From contig JAWLHJ010000005.1 of the NCBI GenBank assembly GCA_041690395.1, positions 96,001 through 160,000 of the forward strand: 64,000 bases of DNA, in the 5' to 3' direction. Of the stretch, positions 9,867 through 19,250 are shown in pieces. A model generated the notes under the pieces. That model was given only the letters and a program-made list of their open reading frames with translations. It ran no database searches and was not told where the DNA came from. The position numbers and the translations under genes are program-made. Position 1 is the stretch's first letter, and every line of letters begins with the position of its first letter. The DNA comes from Longimicrobiales bacterium (GTDB lineage: Bacteria; Gemmatimonadota; Gemmatimonadetes; Longimicrobiales; Gaopeijiaceae).

Positions 9867-10295
9867 ATGGCGTTCAATGTCTTGGTCGTGGACGACAGCG
9901 CGGTGATGCGCTCGATGATCGTCCGCACGTTGAAGATGAGCGGTGTGCCGCTCCAGGAGATCCACGAAGCGGCGAACGGGCGCGACGCGTTGTCGGTCCT
10001 GGCCGAACATTGGGTCGATCTGGCCCTGGTGGACATCAACATGCCCGTCATGAACGGGGAGCAGCTCATCGAAGAGGTTCGTAAGGATCCGGTCACCAGG
10101 GATCTGTCCGTCATCGTTGTCTCGACGGAGAGCAGCGAGGCCCGGATCGAGCGGATCCTGAGTTACGGTGCGCGCTTCGTGCACAAGCCGTTCACGGCGG
10201 AGTCGCTCCGCCAGACGATTCTCGGAGTCACAGGAATATCCGATGACCAATCTGCTTCAGTCGCGACTGCGCCAGGCGGCGAGTTCGACTTTTGA
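9867..10295 (+). CDS. cheY: Single-domain response regulator CheY-like (CheY1)
   Basis: VLVVDDS...LVDINMPVMNG...KPF; within the che operon. Confidence 0.85.
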   Translation: MAFNVLVVDDSAVMRSMIVRTLKMSGVPLQEIHEAANGRDALSVLAEHWVDLALVDINMPVMNGEQLIEEVRKDPVTRDLSVIVVSTESSEARIERILSYGARFVHKPFTAESLRQTILGVTGISDDQSASVATAPGGEFDF

Positions 10296-10712
10296 GGACC
10301 TGGGGTTCGTGTTCCCCGAGGAAGATCTCGAAGACCATCAGGCTGCCGCGCCGCTGGCGTGGAGCGCGGTGGTGGCCTTTCGTGGGCCGGTGCACGGCAC
10401 GCTGGAGATCCGGGTGTCGGACGGCGTGGCGGAACAGCTCGCCACGAACATGCTCGGCCTCGCGAGTCCGCCTGAAGGGAGCCTGAAGCGCGACGCCCTG
10501 GGTGAGATGGCGAACGTGGTGTGCGGCAACGTCGTACCGGCCCTGGGTAGCCCGGACGCCGTGTTCGACCTCGCGGCTCCCGATGTCACGGAGATCGCCA
10601 CCGCCGCGGGTGCTCATCCCGTGGAGGGGGTCATCGCCCTGGCGTTCGGGGTCGAGAACGGGCGGGCCGAGGTGCGCTTGACCGTGAGCGAGGCTCCCGC
10701 GGGAGTCGGGTC

Positions 10713-10716
<4 letters not shown>
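10243..10716 (+). CDS. cheX: CheX-family CheY-P phosphatase
   Basis: VAFRGPVHGTL...QLATNMLG...DALGEMANVVCGN (ExxN motif); overlaps cheY by 53 nt. Confidence 0.85.
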
Positions 10717-11792
<1,076 letters not shown>

Positions 11793-11809
11793 ACGAAAGG
11801 AACGGGTTG

Positions 11810-14395
11810 ATGGATATCGACATGGAGCTTCTCCGGCGGATCAGCGATGTGAAGGTCGCGCTGGGAGGCATGGATTCCGCGGACGGTCGCGTGGACATCC
11901 GGACGAAGGTGGAGTCGGCGCTGGATCGAGCTCGCGGGCACGGTCCCGACGCGGAATCCGCCCTCACGGCGGTTTCGGGCGCGCTTCTCGACGAGCCTTC
12001 GGGTTCGTCGTCCGCCGCGGATCTATCGGAGAGATTGGGACCGGTGCTCGACCTCCTCGAGCAGGTGGTCTTCGACCGGTCCGACGAAGGTGCAGCGGAT
12101 CGGCTGCGTGGCTTGGTGGCTGAGCTGTCACGAGCGCCGGGCGACGATCCGGAGGCAACAGCGGCCCCCCGGGGTGAGGAGGGGCCGCTGGAAGGCGACC
12201 TCGACCGTGAGGAAGCTTCGCTCCATTCGGTGGCCGGCTACCTGGTCCAGATGGAGCCTACCCTCATGGACTCCATCGCCACGCTGCGAGAGCACTTTTC
12301 CCATGCCATCGAAGGGTGGGAGGGCTCGTCGGACGTGCATGGGCAGCTTACCGACGCACTCGGCGAGCTGGATGCCGTCCTCGCGAACAAGCGGTCCCGG
12401 AAGGTGAAGCGGGCGGAGGCCGTGGGCGTCGTCAGCGAAGCTCTGGAGGCCGCCATGGAGGAAGAGCAGGACTACATGTTCTGGAGCCCGCCCAGCACCG
12501 AAAGGGATCGCGGCGCCGACGACACGGGCGCCGAACAGGTCGGGGTGGACGACGAGCACCATGAGGAGGAAACCCAGGGCGAGGCCTCCACCCGCCCGGA
12601 TCACTTGCCGGAGGATGTCGTGACAGCCGTATCAGAAGAGCCGGATTCAACGGCGCCGAGTGGGGCGACTGCGAAGCTGACCGCGATGCCCACATCCATC
12701 GAAGCCGATCCCGAATTGGTGATCGACTTCGTGGCGGAAGGCCTCGAGTATCTCGATCAGGCCGAAGAAGCACTCCTTAACCTGGAGTCCGACCCTCGCG
12801 ACCAGGAGTCGATCAACGTCACGTTCCGGGCCTTCCACACCATCAAGGGTGTCTCCGCGTTCCTCGAGCTCTCCCAGATTTCCGGGATGGCCCATGAGGC
12901 GGAGACCCTGCTCGCCCAGGTCCGGGAGGGTAGTGTGCCGTTCACGGAGTGCGCGGCGGATTTGCTGCTCACCGCCGCGGACGTGCTCCGGGGTCTCCTC
13001 GAGGGTGTCCGCAACCTCGTCCATGGTGGCGAGGCGGAACGGCCCGTTCGCCTCGAGGCCGTCGTGGACGCACTCACCGATCCCGAGCTTGCGAACAAAG
13101 TCGCACGGAACGAGTCGTTCGGACTGAAGGCGGACATCCCGGCTGCCGCCGTCGAATCCGACGACGAGCCCGTCCGAAAGGACGTGACCGGCGCGAGCAG
13201 CCAGGACGACTCGGTGCGGATCCGGACCGAGCGACTCGATCGGCTGGTCGATCTGGTCGGTGAGTTGGTCGTGTCGTACTCGATGATCTCCCAGGATCCC
13301 GACTTGCTCGGTACGGGAGGGGGGTTGCAGAAAAAGGTCGGACACTCGAACAAGATCCTACGAGAGCTGCAGGACCTCAGCACATCCCTGCGCATGGTCC
13401 CGTTGAAGCCGGCGTTCCACAAGATCTCCCGCGTGGTGCGGGATGTGAGCAGGAAGAGCGGAAAGGCCGTCGATCTGGTCGCCACGGGCGACGAGACCGA
13501 GCTCGACCGGAGCATGGTCGGGGTCATCGTCGATCCCCTGGTGCATATGGTCAGGAATTCCATCGACCACGGGATCGAGTCCCGCGAGGAGCGCTTGGCG
13601 GCCGGAAAGCCGGAGCGCGGCTCGGTCCGTCTCACGGCTCGTCAGGCCGGAGGGAGCGTCGTCGTCGAGATCGAAGACGATGGGAGGGGTCTCGACCGGG
13701 AGAAGATCCTGGCGAAGGCCCTGGACAGGGGGCTCGTGGACCCCGAGAAGACCCTCACGGACAGCGAAGTCTTCGAGCTCGTGTTTCATCCCGGCTTCTC
13801 CACGGCCGATCAGGTGACGGACATCTCCGGGCGGGGCGTCGGCATGGACGTGGTGAAGAGGGCCGTGGACTCGCTCAGAGGACGCATCGAGATCCAGTCC
13901 ACGCCCGGTGAGGGCACCCGGTTCTCCATCCACCTCCCCCTCACGTTGGCCATCACCGACGGTATGCTGGTGAGGATCGGCGGAGAGCTCTGCATCGTAC
14001 CCACGGTCAAGATCCAGCTCAGCCTGCGGCCCACTTCCCGAGATCTCTGGTCCGTGTCTCAGCGGGGCGAGATGGTCATGCTTCACGGTCAGCTCATCCC
14101 GATTGCGCGGCTGGACCGGGTATTCGGTTTCCAGGGCGGCATTCAAGACCCGGAAGAAGCCCTGCTCGTCGTGGTTGGGGAGGGGAGCCGAAAGACCGCC
14201 CTGATGGTGGATGAGTTGCTCGGTCAGCAGCAGTTCGTGGTCAAACCGCTGACCGGGCCGGTGGCCGGGACGCCGGGCGTGGCGGGCGGCGCCATTCTCG
14301 GCGACGGCAGCGTCGGGCTGATCCTCGATCCCGAGGAGGTCATCGACCTCGCCGCATGCACAAAGAGCGGGGCACGCGCACACGTGGCCGCCTGA
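11810..14395 (+). CDS. cheA: Chemotaxis histidine kinase CheA with long N-terminal extension
   Basis: Hpt FRAFHTIKG; LDRLVDLVGELVV; HMVRNSIDHGIE; DDGRGL; SGRGVGMDVV; C-terminal CheW-like domain. Confidence 0.95.
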   Translation: MDIDMELLRRISDVKVALGGMDSADGRVDIRTKVESALDRARGHGPDAESALTAVSGALLDEPSGSSSAADLSERLGPVLDLLEQVVFDRSDEGAADRLRGLVAELSRAPGDDPEATAAPRGEEGPLEGDLDREEASLHSVAGYLVQMEPTLMDSIATLREHFSHAIEGWEGSSDVHGQLTDALGELDAVLANKRSRKVKRAEAVGVVSEALEAAMEEEQDYMFWSPPSTERDRGADDTGAEQVGVDDEHHEEETQGEASTRPDHLPEDVVTAVSEEPDSTAPSGATAKLTAMPTSIEADPELVIDFVAEGLEYLDQAEEALLNLESDPRDQESINVTFRAFHTIKGVSAFLELSQISGMAHEAETLLAQVREGSVPFTECAADLLLTAADVLRGLLEGVRNLVHGGEAERPVRLEAVVDALTDPELANKVARNESFGLKADIPAAAVESDDEPVRKDVTGASSQDDSVRIRTERLDRLVDLVGELVVSYSMISQDPDLLGTGGGLQKKVGHSNKILRELQDLSTSLRMVPLKPAFHKISRVVRDVSRKSGKAVDLVATGDETELDRSMVGVIVDPLVHMVRNSIDHGIESREERLAAGKPERGSVRLTARQAGGSVVVEIEDDGRGLDREKILAKALDRGLVDPEKTLTDSEVFELVFHPGFSTADQVTDISGRGVGMDVVKRAVDSLRGRIEIQSTPGEGTRFSIHLPLTLAITDGMLVRIGGELCIVPTVKIQLSLRPTSRDLWSVSQRGEMVMLHGQLIPIARLDRVFGFQGGIQDPEEALLVVVGEGSRKTALMVDELLGQQQFVVKPLTGPVAGTPGVAGGAILGDGSVGLILDPEEVIDLAACTKSGARAHVAA

Positions 14396-14423
14396 TCGCG
14401 GCCGGCCCGTCACCGGAGAACAG

Positions 14424-14466
14424 AGAGAGAGCCCCCGGCGTCTTCGATGCCGGGGGCTCTCTCTTT
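14424..14466. terminator. Intrinsic terminator, probably bidirectional, between convergent cheA and fliW
   Basis: Perfect 16-bp inverted repeat AGAGAGAGCCCCCGGC / GCCGGGGGCTCTCTCT followed by TT. Confidence 0.8.
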
Positions 14467-14513
14467 GCCCGTCGTCCGCCCGCCCGGGCCTTGGCATGGC
14501 CCTCCGACGGAGG

Positions 14514-14999
14514 CTATGCCCCGGAGGCCGTGCGACGCTTCAGGTCCAGGGGGTACCGTACACCGTGCGGGGCGTCTGTCACCACCTGTTTGCCTCGCTT
14601 ACGCACCACGTCCAGCGCGATGGGGCCTTGCAGGTTGACCGTCGCCGGCGCATCCGAGCTCCTGGGCAGCGTCACGATGCACACGATGAACAGGTCGTCC
14701 GCGTCCGCGGGGCCAAGCTCGCTCAACTCACTCGCGTCGACGTCGACCACGTAGTCGGGAACGAACCGAAAAGGATCGACCACGAGGTAGGTCAGGTTCC
14801 GGTGCTCCAGAGACTGCAGCCAGAATAAGCCCTCGTTTTCGGCGGGCAGCAGCGCGAACGTCTTGGCTTCCGGGAATCCGTAGATGCCGGAGTCGAAGCC
14901 GTAGCACTGGTCCCCGGGGATGGCGAGTCGTCCCAGGAGGGCGGACTCGACGATACGCTCCTCGTCCATCCGGCTTGCGAGCTCGGTGACTGCCGTCAT
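14514..14999 (-). CDS. fliW: Flagellar assembly factor FliW (CsrA antagonist)
   Basis: GIYGFPEAKTFALL...FWLQSLE...YLVVDPFRFVPDY...TVNLQGPIALD..KRGKQVV; ATG coupled to the flgL stop. Confidence 0.9.
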   Translation of the reverse strand: MTAVTELASRMDEERIVESALLGRLAIPGDQCYGFDSGIYGFPEAKTFALLPAENEGLFWLQSLEHRNLTYLVVDPFRFVPDYVVDVDASELSELGPADADDLFIVCIVTLPRSSDAPATVNLQGPIALDVVRKRGKQVVTDAPHGVRYPLDLKRRTASGA

Positions 15000-15874
15000 C
15001 TCAAGTAGTCCGCGAGAGTGATGTTCATGATCTTGGAATTCACCAGCATGGCGGCCTCGAGAGAGCCCTGCCTGTCGAGGAGTTCGGTGACGGCCTGAGC
15101 CATGTCCGCGTCGGCCAACTCTGAGCGGAACTTGCTCAGCGTCACCTCGAGAGACTCGAGGTTGGAGCCCGTCACATCGAGCTGACTCATACGGGCGCCG
15201 AGATCCCCGATGATGCTTTGTACGTTGTCGAAGGCGGTGTCGAGGTCTTCCGCCGCGGTCTGCACGGCGGTGGCGTCGTTGTCGCCGAGCGCCGTGGACA
15301 GAGCCGAAAGCGCGTCCATCACGCCGGAATCGAGGAAGATTTCCTGGGCTCCATGCGTGGTCTCCACGAACGTCCCGCTGCCGATCTCCAACCGAGCCGA
15401 GCCCGTGGCCGGGCGGGCGGGGTCGGCGACACCGCCATCCAGCGGCGCAGTGTCGGCGTAGTCGCCCCCGAAGAGGTAGCTGCCGGCGAGCCTCGTGTTG
15501 GCGAGGCTCGTGACGAACTCCAACACGCCCTCGACCTCCGCGCGGGCGGTCCTGCGGGTCGCTTCGTCGGCAGGATCGCCCGCCTGAGATACGGCGATCT
15601 CCCGCGCGCGCACGAGCGTGGTCCCGAGTTGGTCGAGCACCGAATCCTCGACGGCGAGTCGAGATTGCGCGGTCGCCAGATTGGACCGGTACTGCTCGAC
15701 CGCACGGAGCGATCCGGAGGACTGCATGATGCTCGCGGCCGACACCGGATCGTCCGACGGACTGTTCAGGCGCTGCCCGCTGGCAGCCCGTTGACGGGCG
15801 TCCGCGAGGTCGCGCATCTGTGCCTGGAAGCCGTGCACCGCTTCCCTGGTGAGAATGCCGTTCGTGATTCTCAA
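14996..15874 (-). CDS. flgL: Hook-filament junction protein FlgL
   Basis: (M)RITN...ASGQRLNSPSDDPVSA...LANTRLAGSYLFGG...DADMAQAV...TLADYLR; TTG start preceded by GGAG. Confidence 0.9.
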   Translation of the reverse strand: MRITNGILTREAVHGFQAQMRDLADARQRAASGQRLNSPSDDPVSAASIMQSSGSLRAVEQYRSNLATAQSRLAVEDSVLDQLGTTLVRAREIAVSQAGDPADEATRRTARAEVEGVLEFVTSLANTRLAGSYLFGGDYADTAPLDGGVADPARPATGSARLEIGSGTFVETTHGAQEIFLDSGVMDALSALSTALGDNDATAVQTAAEDLDTAFDNVQSIIGDLGARMSQLDVTGSNLESLEVTLSKFRSELADADMAQAVTELLDRQGSLEAAMLVNSKIMNITLADYLR

Positions 15875-15993
15875 TGGGGCTCCGTGATCGTGTCGGGGCC
15901 GGGGCTGGTCTCGAGCCCGCCTCGAGCTCGCCGACGCTGCCGTCGCGCCTCCGGTCACGTTGATGGCCCGGGGCGGCGTCGATACGATTACCA

Positions 15994-16021
15994 GTATCGG
16001 GGACGCGGCCCGTGATCTTTA
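15994..16021 (-). promoter_or_regulatory. Putative sigma28 promoter of flgL-fliW
   Basis: Minus strand TAAA-N16-CCCGATAC. Confidence 0.6.
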
Positions 16022-16070
16022 GACGCGCGTCTCTCGTCCTCCCCCCAGAGAAGTGTGGAAAGCGATCGGA

Positions 16071-17453
16071 ATGGCGACCATCCTGTGTGTCGACGATGAG
16101 CCTGCGGCGGCTTCCGTATTGAAGGACGCCCTCGAGCAGTGCGGACACGACGCCGTAGCCGTCCACAACGTGGCCGCCGCCATGAAGGTGCTGTCGAGAT
16201 CCGGGATCGACCTCATCGTGTCCGATTACCGCATGCCGGAGGCGAACGGGTTGGAGTTCCTGGAGGAGCTCCGCAGGGAGGGGCTGGACATCCCGCTGGT
16301 CATGGTCACGGGACACGCTTCCATCGAGCACGCCGTGGCGGCCATCAAGGCCGGAGCGGTGGACTACATCACGAAGCCGATCCGTCCACAGCAGCTCGAG
16401 ATCGCGGTCGACCAAGCTCTGGAGTTCACCCGCCTGAAGCGTGAGAACGCGCAACTCCGGGAGGAGCTGACCCAGATGCGGTCGGCACGGGAGATCATCG
16501 CCGAAAGCGAGTCGTTACGGCGTATTCTCGAGACGATCCGCGTGGTGGCGCCGACACGCGCGACCGTCCTCCTCCAGGGCGAGTCGGGCACGGGTAAGGA
16601 GCTTCTCGCGCGAACCGTCCATAACATGAGCGATCGCTCCGAGGGGCCCTTCATTGCGATCAACTGCGCGGCCATCCCCGAGAACCTGGTGGAGAGCACG
16701 CTGTTCGGCCATGAGAAGGGGGCGTTCACGGGCGCCGTGAAGCAGGTGAAAGGTGCGTTCGAGCGGGCACACCGTGGCACCCTCCTGCTCGACGAAGTGT
16801 CCGAGATGCGGATGGATCTGCAGGCGAAGCTCTTACGCGTGCTCCAGGAACAGGAGTTCGAAAGGGTGGGCGGCACCCAGCCCATCTCCGTCGACGTGCG
16901 CATCGTGGCGACGACGAACCGGGACCTGGCGGAGCACGCCAGGGAAGGAAACTTCAGAGAAGATCTCTATTATCGGCTCAGCGTCGTGCCTCTCCTGGTC
17001 CCGCCATTGCGCGAGCGCCTCGAAGACATTCCGGCGCTCGTGCACCATTTCGCGGCGAGCACGGCCGCCGACGTCGGAAGGACCATCACCGCCGTGTCGC
17101 CCGAGACCATCGATCTGCTGAGCCAGTACGAATGGCCGGGGAACGTGCGCGAGCTCTCGCACGCGGTGGAGCGGGCCGTCATCCTGTCCACGGGCGACAC
17201 CCTCGAACCGAGGGCGTTCGACCCCGCGCGATTCGGTCTGACACCGGGTCGTGGGCAGGGACCGGTCCTCGGTGGCGACACGTCCGCCGGCGGGGGCGCT
17301 GCAGGCGATCTGGATACGCTCAATATCGCGGAGGTCGAGGAGATCCTGATCCAGAGAGCGCTCGAAGCAACCGGGAACAACCGCACGAAGGCCGCCGATC
17401 TCCTCGGGGTTTCCGTGCGCACGCTGCGAAACAAGCTGAACAAGCCTTCCTGA
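16071..17453 (+). CDS. Sigma54-dependent enhancer-binding response regulator (REC-AAA+-Fis HTH), probable flagellar class-II activator
   Basis: REC; GESGTGKE; GAFTGA intact; LLDEV; FREDLYYRL; WPGNVREL; C-terminal HTH; lies directly upstream of flgB. Confidence 0.93.
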   Translation: MATILCVDDEPAAASVLKDALEQCGHDAVAVHNVAAAMKVLSRSGIDLIVSDYRMPEANGLEFLEELRREGLDIPLVMVTGHASIEHAVAAIKAGAVDYITKPIRPQQLEIAVDQALEFTRLKRENAQLREELTQMRSAREIIAESESLRRILETIRVVAPTRATVLLQGESGTGKELLARTVHNMSDRSEGPFIAINCAAIPENLVESTLFGHEKGAFTGAVKQVKGAFERAHRGTLLLDEVSEMRMDLQAKLLRVLQEQEFERVGGTQPISVDVRIVATTNRDLAEHAREGNFREDLYYRLSVVPLLVPPLRERLEDIPALVHHFAASTAADVGRTITAVSPETIDLLSQYEWPGNVRELSHAVERAVILSTGDTLEPRAFDPARFGLTPGRGQGPVLGGDTSAGGGAAGDLDTLNIAEVEEILIQRALEATGNNRTKAADLLGVSVRTLRNKLNKPS

Positions 17454-17561
17454 GCGTGGGCCGGCGTGCCCGACGCGCCGAGCCCGCCCCTGCCGCTCCG
17501 CCATCCCTGTTGGAGCCGGCTCCACGGTCCGGGGGTCCTTCGCACCCTCACCGCTCGATCC

Positions 17562-17598
17562 GGAAGAATCCTCCGGTTTGAACTAGGAAGGACCTTCC
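17562..17598. promoter_or_regulatory. Tandem enhancer (UAS) sites upstream of flgB
   Basis: GGAAGAATCCTCC (17562) and GGAAGGACCTTCC (17586); the same motif recurs upstream of fliL and fliA. Confidence 0.7.
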
Positions 17599-17740
17599 GG
17601 CGCCCTCCTCCGTGACCCCCGATCCTGGCTCATGGCGTCGTGGGATCGAGGCGGCCACCGTGCTCCAGGGGCCGTGTAAGTCATGACGTGGCATGGTGTT
17701 GTGGCCACGGAAGCCCAGGTGTAGGCCGGGCCTCCGTACG

Positions 17741-17756
17741 TGGCCCGCCGCTTGCT
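17741..17756 (+). promoter_or_regulatory. Sigma54 -24/-12 promoter of the flgB operon
   Basis: TGGCCCG-CCGC-TTGCT versus consensus TGGCACG-N4-TTGCW. Confidence 0.8.
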
Positions 17757-17802
17757 TTCCGACTGGGGCGAACCACGGTACGACTCGCTTCCGGAAAGGC
17801 AC

Positions 17803-18102
17803 ATGCTCACCAGACTCATTGGAGAGGGGACCGTGGCCGCCCAGCTCAAGGGCGGCCTGGACGACTCCACGAAGGCGGTCAGAGGCATCGCCCACCGGGT
17901 TGCGAACGCCAGTACCCCCGGCGGGCCGGGCACCCCGGACTTCGCGGCGGCGCTCGAAGCGGCCGTGGATCCCGAGGGACGCCCGTTCGATCTCGAGCGG
18001 GAGATGGTATCCCTCGCGGACGAACAGCTCAGGTACGAGACCGCGACCAATCTGCTGCAGAAGATCTACCAGCAGATCCGTCAGAGCGTGTCGGAGCGCT
18101 GA
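17803..18102 (+). CDS. flgB: Basal-body rod protein FlgB
   Basis: IAHRVANASTP...FDLEREMVSLADEQLRYETATNLL; first gene, before flgC. Confidence 0.85.
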   Translation: MLTRLIGEGTVAAQLKGGLDDSTKAVRGIAHRVANASTPGGPGTPDFAAALEAAVDPEGRPFDLEREMVSLADEQLRYETATNLLQKIYQQIRQSVSER

Positions 18103-18104
18103 CC

Positions 18105-18569
18105 ATGCTCGAGGGAGCCCACGGCATCGGCCTTCGCCATCCCATGAGATCGCTGCGTATCGCGGCGAGTGGGCTGAGCGCCCAGCGGGTTCGCATGGAC
18201 GCGATCGCGTCGAACCTGGCGAACGCCGAAACGACGCGGGGCGTCGACGGTGCCCCCTACCGGCGCAGGGTCGTCCAGCTGGAGGAGGCCGGATTCGAAT
18301 ACACGGATCGGACCGCGCCGCTCGACGCCAGGGTCGTCGAGCGGGAGGGCGGGGTCAGGGTGGTCGGCGTCGGGGAGGATCTCTCCGAAGGGCCCCTCGT
18401 CTACGATCCAGGCCATCCGGATGCGGACGCGAACGGGTACGTGCGGATGCCGAATGTGGATATCACCCAGGAGTTGGTAGCGATGATGGAGACACGCCGT
18501 CTCTTCGAGGCGAACGCCTCGGTCTTCGATGCCGTCAAGTCAATGTTTCGCAGAGCGACCCAGCTCTAG
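18105..18569 (+). CDS. flgC: Basal-body rod protein FlgC
   Basis: ASGLSAQRVRMDAIASNLANAETT...YDPGHPDADANGYVRMPNVD. Confidence 0.95.
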   Translation: MLEGAHGIGLRHPMRSLRIAASGLSAQRVRMDAIASNLANAETTRGVDGAPYRRRVVQLEEAGFEYTDRTAPLDARVVEREGGVRVVGVGEDLSEGPLVYDPGHPDADANGYVRMPNVDITQELVAMMETRRLFEANASVFDAVKSMFRRATQL

Positions 18570-18579
18570 GTAGACGCTC

Positions 18580-18921
18580 ATGACCATTCACGGAATCAAC
18601 CCGGGTCTCGGCATCCTTGGCGTGCCGTCCACGCCGTCCCGCCAGCAGCGGATCGACGACGCCGGCCAGGGTGACCGCGTGCGGGAGCACCCGGGCACGG
18701 TGGGGACACCGGGCTCCTACCCGGCGAACGGTGTTCGCGGATCCTCCCCGGCGGAGGCTCCCAGAGGGACGGATCCGGCGCTGTGGAGTGTCCTGACCTC
18801 CGAGGAGAGGGCCTTCTTCGCCCGGGCCAGGGAGAGTGGCCCGCTCATGTACGGCCGAGGATCGGATGGCGGCGCCCTCGCTGGCGCGCGCGTCGGCGGC
18901 CGCATCGACGTGAAGGTCTGA
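18580..18921 (+). CDS. Hypothetical flagellar-operon protein between flgC and fliE
   Basis: Tightly packed in the operon; LWSVLTSEERAFF core; C-terminal Y...GGRIDVKV. Confidence 0.7.
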   Translation: MTIHGINPGLGILGVPSTPSRQQRIDDAGQGDRVREHPGTVGTPGSYPANGVRGSSPAEAPRGTDPALWSVLTSEERAFFARARESGPLMYGRGSDGGALAGARVGGRIDVKV

Positions 18922-18922
18922 G

Positions 18923-19246
18923 ATGAGCTCCATCCAAGGCATGGGCGCCCTTCAGGGCGCGGGCGTCGCAGGGCCTCTGGCCCCCGGTCGCGTTCCATCG
19001 CTTCCGGGACAGGACGAGGGTGACCAGCCCTCGTTCGCGGACGCGCTGCGGCGAGCGCTCGGCGATGTCTCCGAGCTCCAGGGGCAGGCCCACGACGCCA
19101 TCGGCGGATTTCTGCGTGGTGAGCCCGTGGAGATCCACGAGGTGATGGCGGCGGCGGAGGAGGCCGGCATCGCCCTCGACATGCTGATCGAGATCCGCAA
19201 CAAGCTCACCGAGGCGTATCGCTCGGTCATTCAGATGCAGCAGTGA
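18923..19246 (+). CDS. fliE: Hook-basal body protein FliE
   Basis: SFADALRRAL...IHEVMAAAEEAGIAL...EIRNKLTEAYRSVIQMQ. Confidence 0.93.
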   Translation: MSSIQGMGALQGAGVAGPLAPGRVPSLPGQDEGDQPSFADALRRALGDVSELQGQAHDAIGGFLRGEPVEIHEVMAAAEEAGIALDMLIEIRNKLTEAYRSVIQMQQ

Positions 19247-19250
19247 GCCG

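Noticed and set aside
14514..16454. 646-aa minus-strand ORF ending in FliW
   Set aside because: Only the last 161 aa are FliW (ATG 14999, coupled to flgL). The rest overlaps flgL out of frame and is antisense to the sigma54 regulator, so it is a high-GC open-frame artefact.
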